Shown here piece after piece: positions 9,521 to 18,837 of a DNA stretch of 64,000 nt. The position numbers were made by a program, and so were the translations under genes. A model generated the notes under the pieces. The model did no database searches and was not told the DNA's origin. It saw only the letters and a program-made list of their open reading frames with translations. The stretch is from a virus. Numbering within the stretch: position 1 is the first letter of the stretch; every line of letters starts with the position of its first letter. The stretch spans positions 32,001-96,000 of IMG/VR virus record IMGVR_UViG_3300038443_002312; one strand, written 5' to 3'.

Positions 9521-9538
9521 GTCGGATTTTTGCAAGAT

Positions 9539-10432
9539 TTATACAGTCGGCCCGCGCCCCGTCAGGTCCCGGTCCAGACGGTCGGCCATGCGCCGGCCTA
9601 ACTCGGCGGCCAGGGCCGCCGGGAGGTCGGCCGGGTCGGGCCCGGCGGCGACGACGTGCAGGTCGAACAGGACCCCGGGCCAGCGGAGCTGGCAGACGGC
9701 CCAGGCGAGGGCCTGGGCGGGCGGGTCGTCGGGCAGGTGCCACCGGCCCCGGGGGGCGGCCCGGTCCCGGGCCCGGACCCGGCCCATCTCGCGAGCGACC
9801 GCGTCGTCGGTGAACCACCGGCCGGGGGCGGGCGGGTCGGCGGTCAGTTTGACGCACGGGGCGCCGGGGCGGACGCGGGCGGCCAGGCCGACGTCCGGGA
9901 GGGTGGACAGGGTGACGGTCCGGACGGGTTCCGCGGCGTACACGGCGTCCCCGGCCGCGTGCCAGGCGTCCCAGGCGGCGTCCCGGACATCGCCGACGAA
10001 CCCGCGGTCGAGGAACGGGCGGCCGGGCAGGGGGCCGAACCAGGCGGCGGCGTGCCCGGACCGGAGGGCCGCCAACAGCTTGGCGAGTTCGTCCCGGCGG
10101 TGGCCGGCGACCGGGTCGGCGGCGTCCTGGCGGCGCCACTTGCGGAGGCGGTGTGACCCGCACACCTTGCACGCCCGGATGCTGACCCAGGGCCAGGGGT
10201 CGTGCCGGGTGAGGCAGTCCTCGCACGTGTAGGCGTTGCCGACCTGCGGGCTGTCCCGGTCGACCGGGCCGAGCCGGGCGGCCTCGACCGACAGGCGGAC
10301 GAACGCCGCCCGGGCGTCCTGGCCGGCCTCGTCGAGCAGGTCGGCGGCCTTGAGCCGGTTCAGGTCGTCGGCCGGCTCCGCCCGGATCGCGGCCAGGGCG
10401 AGGCGCCAGGTGTCGGTCGCGTACAGGTCCAC
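9539..10432 (-). CDS. TIGR02996-like domain protein
   Basis: LAAIRAEPADDLNRLKAADLLDEAG...RAAFVRL; RGFVGDV. Confidence 0.75.
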   Translation of the reverse strand: MDLYATDTWRLALAAIRAEPADDLNRLKAADLLDEAGQDARAAFVRLSVEAARLGPVDRDSPQVGNAYTCEDCLTRHDPWPWVSIRACKVCGSHRLRKWRRQDAADPVAGHRRDELAKLLAALRSGHAAAWFGPLPGRPFLDRGFVGDVRDAAWDAWHAAGDAVYAAEPVRTVTLSTLPDVGLAARVRPGAPCVKLTADPPAPGRWFTDDAVAREMGRVRARDRAAPRGRWHLPDDPPAQALAWAVCQLRWPGVLFDLHVVAAGPDPADLPAALAAELGRRMADRLDRDLTGRGPTV

Positions 10433-10542
10433 TCCGGAACTCCGTCACGGGGTCGGGTCACTCGCCGCCGTCGTCCTTCCAGGCCCGGATAATGCCGTAA
10501 GCCAGCAGGGCCTGGGACCCATCTCGGCCTCCCGGGTCAGTT

Positions 10543-10752
10543 TCACACCTTTTTCACTCGGCCGTCCGCCTTTTGGCCGCCCCCGGGGCACGTCTCGGAC
10601 CGGTAGAACGTCCCGGCGAAGACGTGCCGGGTGTGGCGGCGGATCGTGCCGCCGCGGAGGGGCACGAACCCCCGCCCGCACACCGGGCACTGGGCCGAGT
10701 GCCGGGCCTCCCACGCGTCCCAGATCCGCTGGGCCTCACTCTTCTCGGCCAC
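10543..10752 (-). CDS. Small Zn-ribbon protein
   Basis: CPVCG...H...CPGG. Confidence 0.55.
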   Translation of the reverse strand: MAEKSEAQRIWDAWEARHSAQCPVCGRGFVPLRGGTIRRHTRHVFAGTFYRSETCPGGGQKADGRVKKV

Positions 10753-10993
10753 CGCCGGCCTCCGGCTGGACCGACCCGAACGGGCACGGGCGGGCCGCGG
10801 TCACGGGCACGAAATCGACCGGGTAGCCGCGGAACGCCGCCGGCACTTCCGGCGGCCGGTCGCCGTCGCCGTACACGACCAGGAACGACCCCCGGCCGCG
10901 GGCCCAGTTCGCGACCATCCGGTGGTACCACGGGTACGGCCGCATGAGGGCGGCCAGATCGCGGGCCGCCGCGTCGATCGTCCCGTCATCCAC
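10736..10993 (-). CDS. Hypothetical protein
   Basis: GTG start overlapping neighbour. Confidence 0.5.
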   Translation of the reverse strand: MDDGTIDAAARDLAALMRPYPWYHRMVANWARGRGSFLVVYGDGDRPPEVPAAFRGYPVDFVPVTAARPCPFGSVQPEAGGGREE

Positions 10994-11270
10994 GCCCGCT
11001 CTCCCGCAGGACCCGGGCGGCCTCCGCGTCGGCCGCCGCGGCACTCGCCCGGGACACGTGGGCCAGCTCGCCGTACCCGCCGACCGAGTACCCGATGAGC
11101 TGGAAGAACTCGTCCACGTCGGCCTGCGGGACCGCCCCGGCCGCCGCCAGGTCCTCCAGCCGGCCCAGGAAGACCCGGCGGGTGTGCCCGTCGGCGTCCA
11201 ACAGCAGCCGGACCAGGGCGTTCGCCTTGAACCGCGGCCGCCCGTCCGCGTCGATCTCGACCGGTCGCAT
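10986..11270 (-). CDS. Conserved phage hypothetical protein
   Basis: RFKANALVRLLLD...FQLIGYSVGGYGEL. Confidence 0.65.
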   Translation of the reverse strand: MRPVEIDADGRPRFKANALVRLLLDADGHTRRVFLGRLEDLAAAGAVPQADVDEFFQLIGYSVGGYGELAHVSRASAAAADAEAARVLRESGRG

Positions 11271-11299
11271 GTTACTACCCCTCGCCAAGCGGTTGGCAC

Positions 11300-11524
11300 T
11301 CACTCTCGCTCCGACGCCACGAACATGGCCAGGGACAGGTCCTCGACCCCGGCGAATTTCCGCCCGACCAGTTGGCACAGCGAGTACCGCACGTCCGCGT
11401 GCGTCAGCCCGCCCTGAAGGACCTCGCGGACGTCCTCCGGGGTGACGTAGTCGCGGCCGTGCCGCCTGGCACAGGCGGCCAGCGGGTTCGCGTCCCGCTC
11501 GGCGATCCACTCGGGCCTCGGCAT
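11300..11524 (-). CDS. Hypothetical protein
   Basis: ATG 11524 coupled to upstream stop. Confidence 0.55.
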   Translation of the reverse strand: MPRPEWIAERDANPLAACARRHGRDYVTPEDVREVLQGGLTHADVRYSLCQLVGRKFAGVEDLSLAMFVASERE

Positions 11525-12159
11525 CAGGATACCCTCTCGGTCTTGCCCGTGGCGGCGTCGGTCATCACCCACTCGGTCGCGGCGATCCCGGCGGCGACCA
11601 GGGAGCCGACCCGGGCGGACGTGTTCCACCGCCGCCGGTCGCCGACCCGGACCACGTGGACGCCCGGGCCCGCCCCCAGCCGGCCGGCGACCGGGTCCAG
11701 GTACAGCCGGTCGCCCCCGGGGTATCCCCACTGCTCGAACCAGTGGTCGGCCTCGGCCCGGGTCCCGCCCATGACGCACAGTCGCCCGGGACCCGGGTAC
11801 GACTCGGCGGCGGCCCGGTAGGCGGCCCCGGGCGACGGGAAGTCCCACCACCGGTTGATGACCTGAGAATTCACGCGCGCCCCGAACCCGGACGGGACCC
11901 CCAGCCGCCACCGCCACGGCAGGCACGACCGGTCGCCGGCCGGCGGGTCGTCCCACGAGAACCAGCCCGTGGTGCGGCCGGCCATCGGGGCCAGGTCGGC
12001 CTTCAGGATCGCCCGGTACCCGGCCTCGAAGGCGGGGTTGACCGGGGCCGCGTCGGTCCCCCAGTAGTCGGCCAGCAGGGCCAGCGGGGTCCGGTCGTCC
12101 GGGTTCACGTCCAGAGATTTGACGAGCGCGTCGGGCGTGCTCACGATCGCGACGGTCAC
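11524..12159 (-). CDS. Degenerate TIGR02996-like domain protein
   Basis: ALVKSLDVNPDDRTPLALLADYW. Confidence 0.6.
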   Translation of the reverse strand: MTVAIVSTPDALVKSLDVNPDDRTPLALLADYWGTDAAPVNPAFEAGYRAILKADLAPMAGRTTGWFSWDDPPAGDRSCLPWRWRLGVPSGFGARVNSQVINRWWDFPSPGAAYRAAAESYPGPGRLCVMGGTRAEADHWFEQWGYPGGDRLYLDPVAGRLGAGPGVHVVRVGDRRRWNTSARVGSLVAAGIAATEWVMTDAATGKTERVS

Positions 12160-13223
12160 GGTCCCTCCGATCGGGCCAGGTCGACCACGGCGGCCGCGAA
12201 GGCGGCCATCGCGGCGTCGTACGTCGGGTAGTCCCGCCACCGCTCGGGCCCGTCGGCGACCGCGCGACCGCCCGCGAGGCGGGCGAACAGGGCCGCCGGC
12301 AGGGCGTCCGGGCCGCCCCGGGGCCCGCCCGTGTACCAGCCCCACCCGGAGATCCCGCCGCCGGGCGGGCCGGCCGCGCACGGTTGCCGGCCGCACGCGA
12401 CGGCCTCGATCGGGTGGCGGCGGAGGAGGTCGCGCAGCCCGCGGGTCCGGCCGGTGGCGGCACACGCCCGGCACGGGCCCGGCCCCGGCTCCCAGCCGAC
12501 GTGCCGCGGGCCGATCGTCCTCCAACACCCCGCGCACCACTTCGCCCCGCGGCCGGCCGGGGTGTCGTCCCGGCTCACCAGGGCCCCGCCACACGCCCCG
12601 CAGGCCGTTTCCCGGACCGACTCGTACGTCGCGACCATCTCCCGCCCGCCGCCGTCGCAGTCCTGGCACGGGGCCCCCAGGACGGCGGCCAGGTCCACCG
12701 CCTCGACGGCCCCGACGAACCCGCGGCGGAAACGGATCTTCAGACCGGGACCGAACGCGAGGGCCCCGTCCCGCTCGACGTCCGCCGACAGGCCGCCGGG
12801 CCCGGCCCCGCCCAGCCAGTCCCGGCCGAACAGGTGGACCAGGGTGGCCTCCCGGGCCGCCATCTGGCACCCGGTGCAGTCGCACTCCAGGCGGGCGTGC
12901 GCCGCCCGGGCGGTCTCGCCGGTCCGGGCCATCCCCGGCCACGTGCGCCAGCCGAACCGGGCGAGGTCGCACTGGAGGCGGATGAACTCGGCCCGCGCCG
13001 CCCGGGCGGGCGGGCTGTCGACCTTGCCGCGGCACTCCCGGCACACGACGAACCTGACCCCGGGGATGGCAGCAGCCGTTTCGAGCCACAGCCCGCGGCC
13101 GTCGCACCGCGGGCAGGCGGGCTCGCCCGCCCGCTCGTCCAGCCAGTCGGCGTACACGAGCCGGTGCGTGTCGTCGGCGGGCTCGGCCAGGACCCGGGCC
13201 AGGAACTTGTCCTCGTCGGTCAT
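12156..13223 (-). CDS. TIGR02996 domain protein with inserted CxxCxGxG Zn-ribbons
   Basis: FLARVLAEPADDTHRLVYADWLDER...RAEFIRLQC...FRRGFV. Confidence 0.85.
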   Translation of the reverse strand: MTDEDKFLARVLAEPADDTHRLVYADWLDERAGEPACPRCDGRGLWLETAAAIPGVRFVVCRECRGKVDSPPARAARAEFIRLQCDLARFGWRTWPGMARTGETARAAHARLECDCTGCQMAAREATLVHLFGRDWLGGAGPGGLSADVERDGALAFGPGLKIRFRRGFVGAVEAVDLAAVLGAPCQDCDGGGREMVATYESVRETACGACGGALVSRDDTPAGRGAKWCAGCWRTIGPRHVGWEPGPGPCRACAATGRTRGLRDLLRRHPIEAVACGRQPCAAGPPGGGISGWGWYTGGPRGGPDALPAALFARLAGGRAVADGPERWRDYPTYDAAMAAFAAAVVDLARSEGP

Positions 13224-13750
13224 CGGCGCGGCCCTCCCGCCAGCCCGTTGGCCGGCTGGTACCGGTCCCGGAGCCGGGTCACGCCCTTCCAGCCGCGGAA
13301 CAGGTCCAGTTCCTGGCCCAACCCGTGGTCCATGAGCCAGTCCTCGATGACGGAGTCGGGCGTCACCCCCGGGGCCAGGTCGGTGGCCAGGGCGACGATC
13401 GCGGCCCGCACCGCCCGGCTGCGGACGACCGCAACATTTTGGCGGAGGGCCGGCAAAGAGGCGACCACGACCGCCTGCCCCGCGGGGGCGACCACGGCCC
13501 GCCACGGAGCGTCGACGAACACCTCGTACCCGGCGAACAGGAGCGGTTGCAGCCAACCGAGGGAGTGCGTGCTGTACCGGTAGACCCCGGCCCACAATTC
13601 GGCCGGCAGTTGCCAGTCCGGCGGCCCTTCCAGCCGCCGGGGCAGTTCGGGGTGGCCCACGGTCATGGCGCTCCAGGCGTGCGCGACCGCCCCGTCCCGG
13701 GCGATCTTGACCTGGTGCCTCTGGTAGCCGAACGGCTCGACGGTGATCAC
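13220..13750 (-). CDS. Hypothetical protein
   Basis: C-terminal VIEDWLMDHG motif reminiscent of TIGR02996. Confidence 0.55.
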   Translation of the reverse strand: MITVEPFGYQRHQVKIARDGAVAHAWSAMTVGHPELPRRLEGPPDWQLPAELWAGVYRYSTHSLGWLQPLLFAGYEVFVDAPWRAVVAPAGQAVVVASLPALRQNVAVVRSRAVRAAIVALATDLAPGVTPDSVIEDWLMDHGLGQELDLFRGWKGVTRLRDRYQPANGLAGGPRR

Positions 13751-13752
13751 GC

Positions 13753-14421
13753 CTACCCCCGGGCCAGGGCCACGCACGCGCGGCACACGAGCAGGTACCG
13801 CCCCGGGTTCCGCATCTTACCCGCCAACACGTCCGGGTTCGGGACCCGGTTGATTTCGTCCGCCCACACCCGGGCGATGCAGGCGTGGCAGGTCAGGAGC
13901 AGTCGCACGTGGGGCGGTCTCAGGTGGTCCGGGATCGCCGCCGTCCCCATCTCGCGGACGGCGGCCAGGACCTCCGGGTCGGGCCCCAGTTTCTTGGCGA
14001 CCATGACCAGCGGGTCGCTGCCGTGTTGCGCGTACTCCCGGGCGTGCTCGCGGACGGCGAACTCCAGCTCCGCCCGGAGCGGGTCGACCGCCGGCCCGCC
14101 GACGCGGCCGACGACCTCGTCGGCCAGGGCGGCCGCCGGGGCCAGGTCGTCCGGGTCGCGGAGGACGGCCAGGGCGAGGGCCACCACGGCCGACCGCGGG
14201 CCGGTCAACACCTCGTCCGAAACCCCCGCGAGGAGGTTGACACACCCGGCGATCCGGGCGGCCGCGACCACGTCCCGCTCGCCGGTCGTGTAGTCGGCAC
14301 CCACCAGCGTCACCCGGTTCCCGGCGGCATCGTCCAGCCGCGGATAAGACCCGGGCCAACCGATCTGGTTGTGGATCTGGTTGTGAAGACTGACCCGCCA
14401 CGGCTCGCCGTAGGTGCTCAC
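13753..14421 (-). CDS. Paralog family member 1 (YGEPW/CVNLLAGV/PDDL/VCRxC)
   Basis: Shared motifs with the three upstream genes. Confidence 0.75.
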   Translation of the reverse strand: MSTYGEPWRVSLHNQIHNQIGWPGSYPRLDDAAGNRVTLVGADYTTGERDVVAAARIAGCVNLLAGVSDEVLTGPRSAVVALALAVLRDPDDLAPAAALADEVVGRVGGPAVDPLRAELEFAVREHAREYAQHGSDPLVMVAKKLGPDPEVLAAVREMGTAAIPDHLRPPHVRLLLTCHACIARVWADEINRVPNPDVLAGKMRNPGRYLLVCRACVALARG

Positions 14422-15038
14422 GCCCTCGCCCCCGGCCGCGCCGCCGCGACGCACTTGCGGCACACGCGGAACGTCCCGTGGGTCGGGACGAGCACGTACA
14501 GCCCGTCCCGGTGCCCGCCCATCTCGTCCCAGCAGCACTCGCACCGGGTGCCGGCGTCATCCGGCCAGTACGTCCAGTCGTCGGCGGCGATCTCGGCCGG
14601 GACCGCGGCCAGGACCGCCGGGTCGGGCCCGAGCCCCCGGACCAGGTCGACCACCCCGGCCCGGGACAGCGCGTCCCGCACGTGAGCGGGCACGAGCGAC
14701 AGCTGGCGGGCGACGGCCCGGAGCGCGGCGAGCAGATCCGCCCGCGGCGGGGACGCCCCGGCCTCCTGCCCGGTCGCCCGGGCCATGACCTCGTCCGCGG
14801 CCATCGCGGCCGGCGTCAGGTCGTCCGGGTGCCGCAGGATGGCCAGGGCCAGGTCCGTCAGGTCCCCGCCCCGCCCGGTCAGGGCCGCGTCCGGGACGCC
14901 CGCCAGGAAGTTGACGCACGCGATGGCCCGGTGCTCGCGCTGCCACGTGCCGTACCCGCGGGCGACCATCTCGTCGTCCCGGTCGACGATCGCCCCGCCG
15001 ATGCCGGTGTGGGCCCAGGGCTCGCCGTAGTCGGTCAT
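14418..15038 (-). CDS. Paralog family member 2
   Basis: YGEPW...CVNFLAGVPD...LALAILRHPDDLTPAAMAADEV...VCRKCVA. Confidence 0.75.
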   Translation of the reverse strand: MTDYGEPWAHTGIGGAIVDRDDEMVARGYGTWQREHRAIACVNFLAGVPDAALTGRGGDLTDLALAILRHPDDLTPAAMAADEVMARATGQEAGASPPRADLLAALRAVARQLSLVPAHVRDALSRAGVVDLVRGLGPDPAVLAAVPAEIAADDWTYWPDDAGTRCECCWDEMGGHRDGLYVLVPTHGTFRVCRKCVAAARPGARA

Positions 15039-15715
15039 ACCCCACCCCCGGTGACCTCGGCCACGCACGCCCGGCACACCGGGACGGCCCCGGCGGCGGC
15101 CGACCGGGCCACCCCGGCGAACCCGTCGTAGTTCTGGAGCAAGTAGCACCCGCCGCACCGGAACGGCATCCGGACGGCCTCCCCGCCGTACCCGACGTGC
15201 TCGCGGATCGCCGCCGCCACGTCCGGGTCGATCCCGAGGGCCCGGGCGGTCGCCAGGGCCTCGCCGCCGACCCAGCCCATCTCGTCGACCCGGGGGTGCC
15301 GGGCCACGTGCCGCAGGATCTTCTCCAGATCCGCCCGCGGGACGAACGGCCGGCCGTCCGCGTGCGCCACCGCCCGGGCCTGGACCTCGTCGGCCGCCAT
15401 CGCCGCCGGGGTCAGGTCCCCGGGGTTCCGCAGGATCGCGAGCGCCAGCCCGGTCAGTTCGTCCCGCGGGGCGGCGCCCAGGAGGGCGTCCGGGACCCCG
15501 GCCAGGAGGTTGACGCACCCGACCGCGCGGAGGGCCATGAGACTATCGAACGTCGACGGCCTCCCGTTGCAGCTGAACCGGCCGACCCGCGTGTCGTCGG
15601 TGCCGGACTCGTCGACCTCCTCGGCCGTCCGGACCCGGGTGGCGTGGACGTCCGACCCCCAGCCCGAGACCCCGAGGCCGAGGCTCCACGGCTCGTGATA
15701 GTTCGGCCCGCTCAC
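15035..15715 (-). CDS. Paralog family member 3
   Basis: YHEPW...CVNLLAGVPD...LALAILRNPGDLTPAAMAADEV...VCRACVA. Confidence 0.75.
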   Translation of the reverse strand: MSGPNYHEPWSLGLGVSGWGSDVHATRVRTAEEVDESGTDDTRVGRFSCNGRPSTFDSLMALRAVGCVNLLAGVPDALLGAAPRDELTGLALAILRNPGDLTPAAMAADEVQARAVAHADGRPFVPRADLEKILRHVARHPRVDEMGWVGGEALATARALGIDPDVAAAIREHVGYGGEAVRMPFRCGGCYLLQNYDGFAGVARSAAAGAVPVCRACVAEVTGGGV

Positions 15716-15990
15716 GCCCGCTCCAGTTCGATGTCGTAGGTCTGCCGCCCGTCGACCAGGCGCTTCGTCTTGCCCGACCAGTCGGCCCCGGGCGGGTTCC
15801 ACATGACCGTCCCGGCCTGCCACCACACGCGGTCGCCGACCCCGACGGCGACGGCCTCGCCCGTGTCCCGGCGGACCTCGCGGACAACGACCGCCCGCTC
15901 CCGCCCGGCGTCGGGGCCCTGGCCGTCTACGACCAGGACCGCCGTCCCGTCCCGCTTCCGGACCACCCCGGCCACGACCCCGCCGATCAT
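15712..15990 (-). CDS. Hypothetical protein (OB/SH3-like)
   Basis: MIGGVV...VGVGDRVWWQ; GGAGG RBS. Confidence 0.6.
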   Translation of the reverse strand: MIGGVVAGVVRKRDGTAVLVVDGQGPDAGRERAVVVREVRRDTGEAVAVGVGDRVWWQAGTVMWNPPGADWSGKTKRLVDGRQTYDIELERA

Positions 15991-16032
15991 CGCGAACCTC
16001 CTGCCAGCCCGTTGGCGTCCCGCGGAACTCCG

Positions 16033-16743
16033 TCACGCCCCCGGGCCAGCCGGGCCCGCGCACGTCCGGCACACGAGCACGTGCTCCCGCCCCGCCGGAA
16101 TAATGACGTCCCCCGCCGTCGTCCGCTCGGGCGTCCGGGTGACCCACACCCCGCCGGCCAGGTCCTCTTGCCACCGGGATCGGCCGCAGCCCGCGCACGT
16201 GAACCAGCCGGGGAGGCGGCCGGGCGTCGTAAACTCGCCGCCGGCCGCCCGGATCGCGTCGAGGACCGCCGGGTCAGGGCCGATCGCCTCGACCACGCGG
16301 TCGACCTGGTGCCGGGCGAGGCCCTTCAGATCCTCCGGGTGGACCGGCGAGGCGTCGCGGCCCGCGAGCAGGCGGACCACGTGCTCCAGTTCCGCCCGCG
16401 GGACGAACGCCCGGCCCTGGGCCCCGGCGGTCCGCTCGGCCACCCGCTCCTCGACGAGCTTGTCCAGGAGCCCGTCGTCCGGGGCCCGCCCGGCGAGCAC
16501 GGCCAGGGCGAGGGCCTGGGTGTCGGTCAGCCGCCCGGCGTCGTCCTGGGCCAGGATCAGGTCGGCGGCCGCGATCGACTCGCCGGACCACACCCCGGCC
16601 CAGCCGACCGCCTTGACCCACCGCCACGCCGGCCCGTCGTTCACGGCGGCCCCGACCCCGACGGCCGCGAGGTGACACCCGCCGTCGTGCAGCCGGAAGC
16701 GGTAGACGCCGGGCGTCAGGGCGTTCAACTCCTCCCGGGTCAC
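16033..16743 (-). CDS. Paralog family member 4 (different N-terminus)
   Basis: LALAVLAG...FVPRAEL...IGPDPAVL...VCRTC. Confidence 0.7.
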   Translation of the reverse strand: MTREELNALTPGVYRFRLHDGGCHLAAVGVGAAVNDGPAWRWVKAVGWAGVWSGESIAAADLILAQDDAGRLTDTQALALAVLAGRAPDDGLLDKLVEERVAERTAGAQGRAFVPRAELEHVVRLLAGRDASPVHPEDLKGLARHQVDRVVEAIGPDPAVLDAIRAAGGEFTTPGRLPGWFTCAGCGRSRWQEDLAGGVWVTRTPERTTAGDVIIPAGREHVLVCRTCAGPAGPGA

Positions 16744-17048
16744 TTCTCGCCCCCGTCGACCAGGTCGGTGTCGGCCAGCCGGTCGGCCAGGTCCGCGGCC
16801 CACTTCGTCCGGATCTCCCGCAACGTCTCCTCGACGAGTTCGGCCACCGTCGGGGCGAACGTCTTCTCCCAGACGATGAACCCGCCGACCCCGGCCAGCC
16901 AGGCGGCCGCCCCGGTCCAGGTCAACGCCGGCACCCCCAGGGCCACGCCGACCAGTTCGGCCACCACCCCGGCGACCGCGAACGCCAGAAACCCGAGATG
17001 AATCCCCTGCCGGGTCCGGGCCCGCAACCGCCGCACACGCGCGAACAT
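16740..17048 (-). CDS. Membrane protein
   Basis: GAGGAG RBS, 2 TM segments. Confidence 0.55.
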   Translation of the reverse strand: MFARVRRLRARTRQGIHLGFLAFAVAGVVAELVGVALGVPALTWTGAAAWLAGVGGFIVWEKTFAPTVAELVEETLREIRTKWAADLADRLADTDLVDGGEK

Positions 17049-17061
17049 GACTCCTCCTCGG

Positions 17062-17523
17062 TTAGCGGGCCCCCAGCGCCTCGCCGAGCGTCGGCCCGCG
17101 GCGGAGGTCGGCCGGCATCCGCCCGGTGTCGGTCGGGTCCAGGCACTGCCGCAGGGTGCCGGCCGCGTGCCACGGGTCACCGGCCAGCGGCGGGTGGTAC
17201 TGGCCGCCGCCGGAGAACACCCCGGCCCGCCCGGTCATCGTCCGGACGAGTAGCTTCGACCCCTCCCACTGCACCCGCCGGTCGGCGTCGAGCGTGAGGG
17301 CGACCATCTTCCGCTCGCCCCACGGCACGTACCGGATGCCGTCGACCGCGATCAGCGCCTCGCTCACCTTGTCGGCCCCCGCCGGGACCTGGAGGTGCCT
17401 CACCTCCCAGTCGAGTTGATTCCCCGCGAACCAGAACGGCGGGCTCTCGACCTTCGCCGCCTCCGCGACCAGGAAGGCGACCAGGGCCGCGACCGCCACC
17501 AGACAGCACGCCGGACCGCGCAT
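17062..17523 (-). CDS. Secreted/membrane-anchored hypothetical protein
   Basis: N-terminal hydrophobic signal; GGAGG RBS. Confidence 0.55.
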   Translation of the reverse strand: MRGPACCLVAVAALVAFLVAEAAKVESPPFWFAGNQLDWEVRHLQVPAGADKVSEALIAVDGIRYVPWGERKMVALTLDADRRVQWEGSKLLVRTMTGRAGVFSGGGQYHPPLAGDPWHAAGTLRQCLDPTDTGRMPADLRRGPTLGEALGAR

Positions 17524-17675
17524 GAGGGACCTCCTATCAGGCCAGCCACTCCCGCTCCGCCGCCTCGGCCAGGTAGGCCCACAGGAGGTCGGCGTCGCCC
17601 CGCCCCGCGACCGGGACGAGACCCAGGCTCAGGACCCACCCGCCCGCGTAGGCCCGGGTGATGACGTCGAACGGA

Positions 17676-17945
17676 CTACCCGGGCTCACGTTCATCGGCG
17701 TCCTCCACTCGGGCCGCGGACGCCGCCCCCTGGTCCCAGCCGTGCTGGTGCCCGGTCACCGCCCCGCACAGGAACCCGACCGGGGCGAAGACCCAGGCCG
17801 TGGCCAGGACGGCGATGACCGCCCCGCCCAGATCCGGGCAGGCGGCGGCGGCCACGAGCCCGGCCGCCGACCACAGGAAGAGGCACCAGGACAGGACCCG
17901 GGTTGCGATCGTGGCCGGCCGGGTTTCGACCGTCGACTTGTTCAC
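17676..17945 (-). CDS. Small membrane protein
   Basis: 2 TM segments. Confidence 0.5.
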   Translation of the reverse strand: MNKSTVETRPATIATRVLSWCLFLWSAAGLVAAAACPDLGGAVIAVLATAWVFAPVGFLCGAVTGHQHGWDQGAASAARVEDADEREPG

Positions 17946-18433
17946 GCCCCCTCCCCGCAGCCCAGGGCCCCGACGTCCAGGCGGTCGAAGAACGACCGCC
18001 ACGGGACCGCCCGCCCGGTCAGCCGGCCGGCCGCGTCCAGGCAGTAGAAGAACCAACTGCGGCACTTCGGGCCGCGGAACACCAGCGTCCAGCAGTCCCG
18101 CCCGGGCGGCAGTTCGACCCGGTGCCGCCACGCCGCCGGCCGGCGGAGCACCCGCCCCGGCCCGTACCACCGCCGCCCCGCAGCCCCGTCCGCCCGCGGC
18201 GCGTGCTCGTAATAGCCCCCGGAGAGGATGATCGAGGTGTAGGGCCACGGATGACAGTGCAAAGCGTCGTCCGAGTCCCCCCGCAGGAAGTGGTGCAGGA
18301 AGACGGCCGGGCCGGTCCCGGTCGTCCGCCGCCCGCGGAGCGTCCACCGCCGCAGGTACACGTCGTCCCCGCGGCCGATGTCGGACCGGGGTTCGACGGC
18401 CAGGCGGTCGGCCAGGCGGTCCGGCCACGTCAC
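17942..18433 (-). CDS. Phage cupin-like (double-stranded beta-helix) protein
   Basis: FLHHFLRGDSDDALHCHPW...LSGGYYE...HRVEL...WTLVF. Confidence 0.7.
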   Translation of the reverse strand: MTWPDRLADRLAVEPRSDIGRGDDVYLRRWTLRGRRTTGTGPAVFLHHFLRGDSDDALHCHPWPYTSIILSGGYYEHAPRADGAAGRRWYGPGRVLRRPAAWRHRVELPPGRDCWTLVFRGPKCRSWFFYCLDAAGRLTGRAVPWRSFFDRLDVGALGCGEGA

Positions 18434-18837
18434 GACAGCCCCTCCTCGGCCCGCCACACCTCATCGGCCAGACCCAGGGCCTCGTCCGCCTTCCGCCGGG
18501 CGTCGGCCACCTGGGCCCGGAAGTAGGCCAGGGCCTCGCGGACGGTCGACCGCCAGCCGTCGTCCTGGCCCGCGGCCGGGAACAGGACGCCCCAGTCCTG
18601 CCAGCACCCGCGCATGGTGTTCCCCCCGCCCAGGCGGCGGACGATTCCCACCGCGAACTCCCGGACGGCCAGGACGGGCCCCGTGTCGATCTCGACCACC
18701 CGGGCCTGGGTGACGACGTAATTACTCGGGCTGCGGACGTTCCCGACGTCGCGCATCGACACCCGGTACACGATGTCCCCGGGCCGCCGGTCGGCCCAGA
18801 ACGGCAGCAGCCCCGCGGTGGTCTTCTCACTGCCCAC
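18430..18837 (-). CDS. Hypothetical protein
   Basis: ORF track, RBS. Confidence 0.55.
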   Translation of the reverse strand: MGSEKTTAGLLPFWADRRPGDIVYRVSMRDVGNVRSPSNYVVTQARVVEIDTGPVLAVREFAVGIVRRLGGGNTMRGCWQDWGVLFPAAGQDDGWRSTVREALAYFRAQVADARRKADEALGLADEVWRAEEGLS

